Source: Acaryochloris marina S15
Lineage (GTDB): Bacteria; Cyanobacteriota; Cyanobacteriia; Thermosynechococcales; Thermosynechococcaceae
Reading direction: 5' to 3'
Assembly: GCF_018336915.1 (NCBI RefSeq)
Contig: NZ_CP064923.1
Location: forward strand, 1,396,818 to 1,420,817
DNA: 24,000 nucleotides
Shown here: positions 23,240 to 24,000 of the stretch, one piece after another
How the letters are laid out: every line of letters begins with the position of its first letter
Numbering within the stretch: position 1 is the stretch's first letter
Notes under the pieces: generated by a model
The model's database searches: none
Told to the model about the DNA's origin: nothing
What the model saw: only the letters and a program-made list of their open reading frames with translations
Position numbers and translations under genes: made by a program

Positions 23240-24000
23240 CTGTTTCATTGGGCAAGTAATAATTATCATTCTGTATAAAAAATAGGGACTCACCGACTAG
23301 TGAAAATATTATTATTAATAAATCAATGTTGTCCTACGCCTATTTTGCCCACTTAACAGAGGTAAATGTAACAATCATTTTATGCTTTGCTGACGAAATA
23401 AATTTATTTTTTCAGGCAGCTAAAAACCTAAAGTCATTAGCCACTTTGGTTCCTGGATAAAGGTATAAGAACCAAAGCTCACACAAGTAGAATAAGTTTT
23501 CATAAAAATGATTTTTATCATACAAAAGTTATACAAAAATGCATTAAAAATATTCATCTATATTTAGAAGATTATCGATATGTCTTACTGGGGGCATGTT
23601 ACCCAAGTGTTGGCTCATCGGTGTGCTTATCTGAATGGCCTAATGGGCTTGCAAAGATGCCATGCTTCCCTCTTGTGGTGGCTCTTAGATGTCTGGGTTA
23701 GTACGAACATTAGCAGATAATTCTTGTGCCTTGTCCAGTTCATTCCGGAAAAATTCTACTGAATTGTCACTTGTCTTGACACTTGTAAGTTGCGTCAATA
23801 GAAGTTTGAATTTATTCTGGAAAAATGAAAGTGTCAGCATAACGACTGATGGCTATACCATTTCTTTTATGAACTCAAGGATTAGCTTTACGATATCTAT
23901 TGCGATGGCAAGCTTTAACTGATTGTTCATTGCTAAATCAATAGTAGTGGCCGAGAGTAAGAAAGACGCTAGGATTAAAAACTTTTGTCAGAAAATAAGA

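Noticed and set aside
23689-23922. A 77-aa plus-strand ORF in the AT-rich right end
   Set aside because: It is low-complexity, rich in Ser, Leu and Asn, and has no ribosome-binding site or motif. It is antisense to the slightly more protein-like interrupted minus-strand frame. Neither is confident enough to call as a gene.
1-24000. A search for tRNA, rRNA or tmRNA genes and CRISPR arrays
   Set aside because: I noticed no T-loop/acceptor-like GGTTCGAATCC-type motifs, no rRNA-like conserved blocks and no regularly spaced direct repeats of 25-40 bp. A tRNAscan-SE, Infernal and CRISPR-finder run would be needed to be certain.

Overview
This window is a segment of a cyanobacterial chromosome. The evidence is 10 perfect copies of the HIP1 palindrome GCGATCGC, HLIP genes, a PGR5 homologue, a group-2 sigma factor and an FtsH protease.

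Gene content, left to right:
- 1-1365: a 5'-truncated coiled-coil/TPR protein.
- 1.4-6.6 kb: a minus-strand block of light-stress genes. It holds ftsH, a DUF2949-like gene, pgr5, a group-2 sigma factor and three small hli genes. Two of the hli genes are too short to appear in the ORF track.
- 6.8-17.3 kb: housekeeping genes. These are cobM/cbiF, lgt, a Trp-rich small protein, a DRTGG/Pta-family protein, a 126-aa unknown, a radical-SAM enzyme translationally coupled to a membrane GT2 glycosyltransferase, 5-formyl-THF cyclo-ligase, a membrane protein, dtd and glmS.
- 17.3-21.7 kb: a co-linear minus-strand trio that looks accessory. It comprises a CHASE sensor with a degenerate GGDEF domain, a PaaK-like adenylate-forming enzyme, and an orphan protein with a C-terminal S1 domain.
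- 21.7-23.2 kb: a complete 1486-bp IS element with a 9-bp target duplication. Its transposase carries one in-frame TGA.
- 23.2-24.0 kb: an AT-rich region with no confident genes.

Most notable observations:
- RpaB-type HLR1 direct repeats overlap the -10 boxes of two hli promoters, and a degenerate copy sits just downstream of the -10 box at pgr5. All three genes share the leader motif ACGGAGTC.
- The sigma gene appears to have no room for its own promoter behind the hli terminator.
- The CHASE / EGETF (with RxxD retained) / PaaK-like / S1 trio has been cut off from its upstream region by the IS.
- The radical-SAM and GT2 genes overlap in the sequence ATGTCTAA.

I saw no tRNA, rRNA or CRISPR array. 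All homology calls come from motif recognition by eye and from memory. No database search was run.
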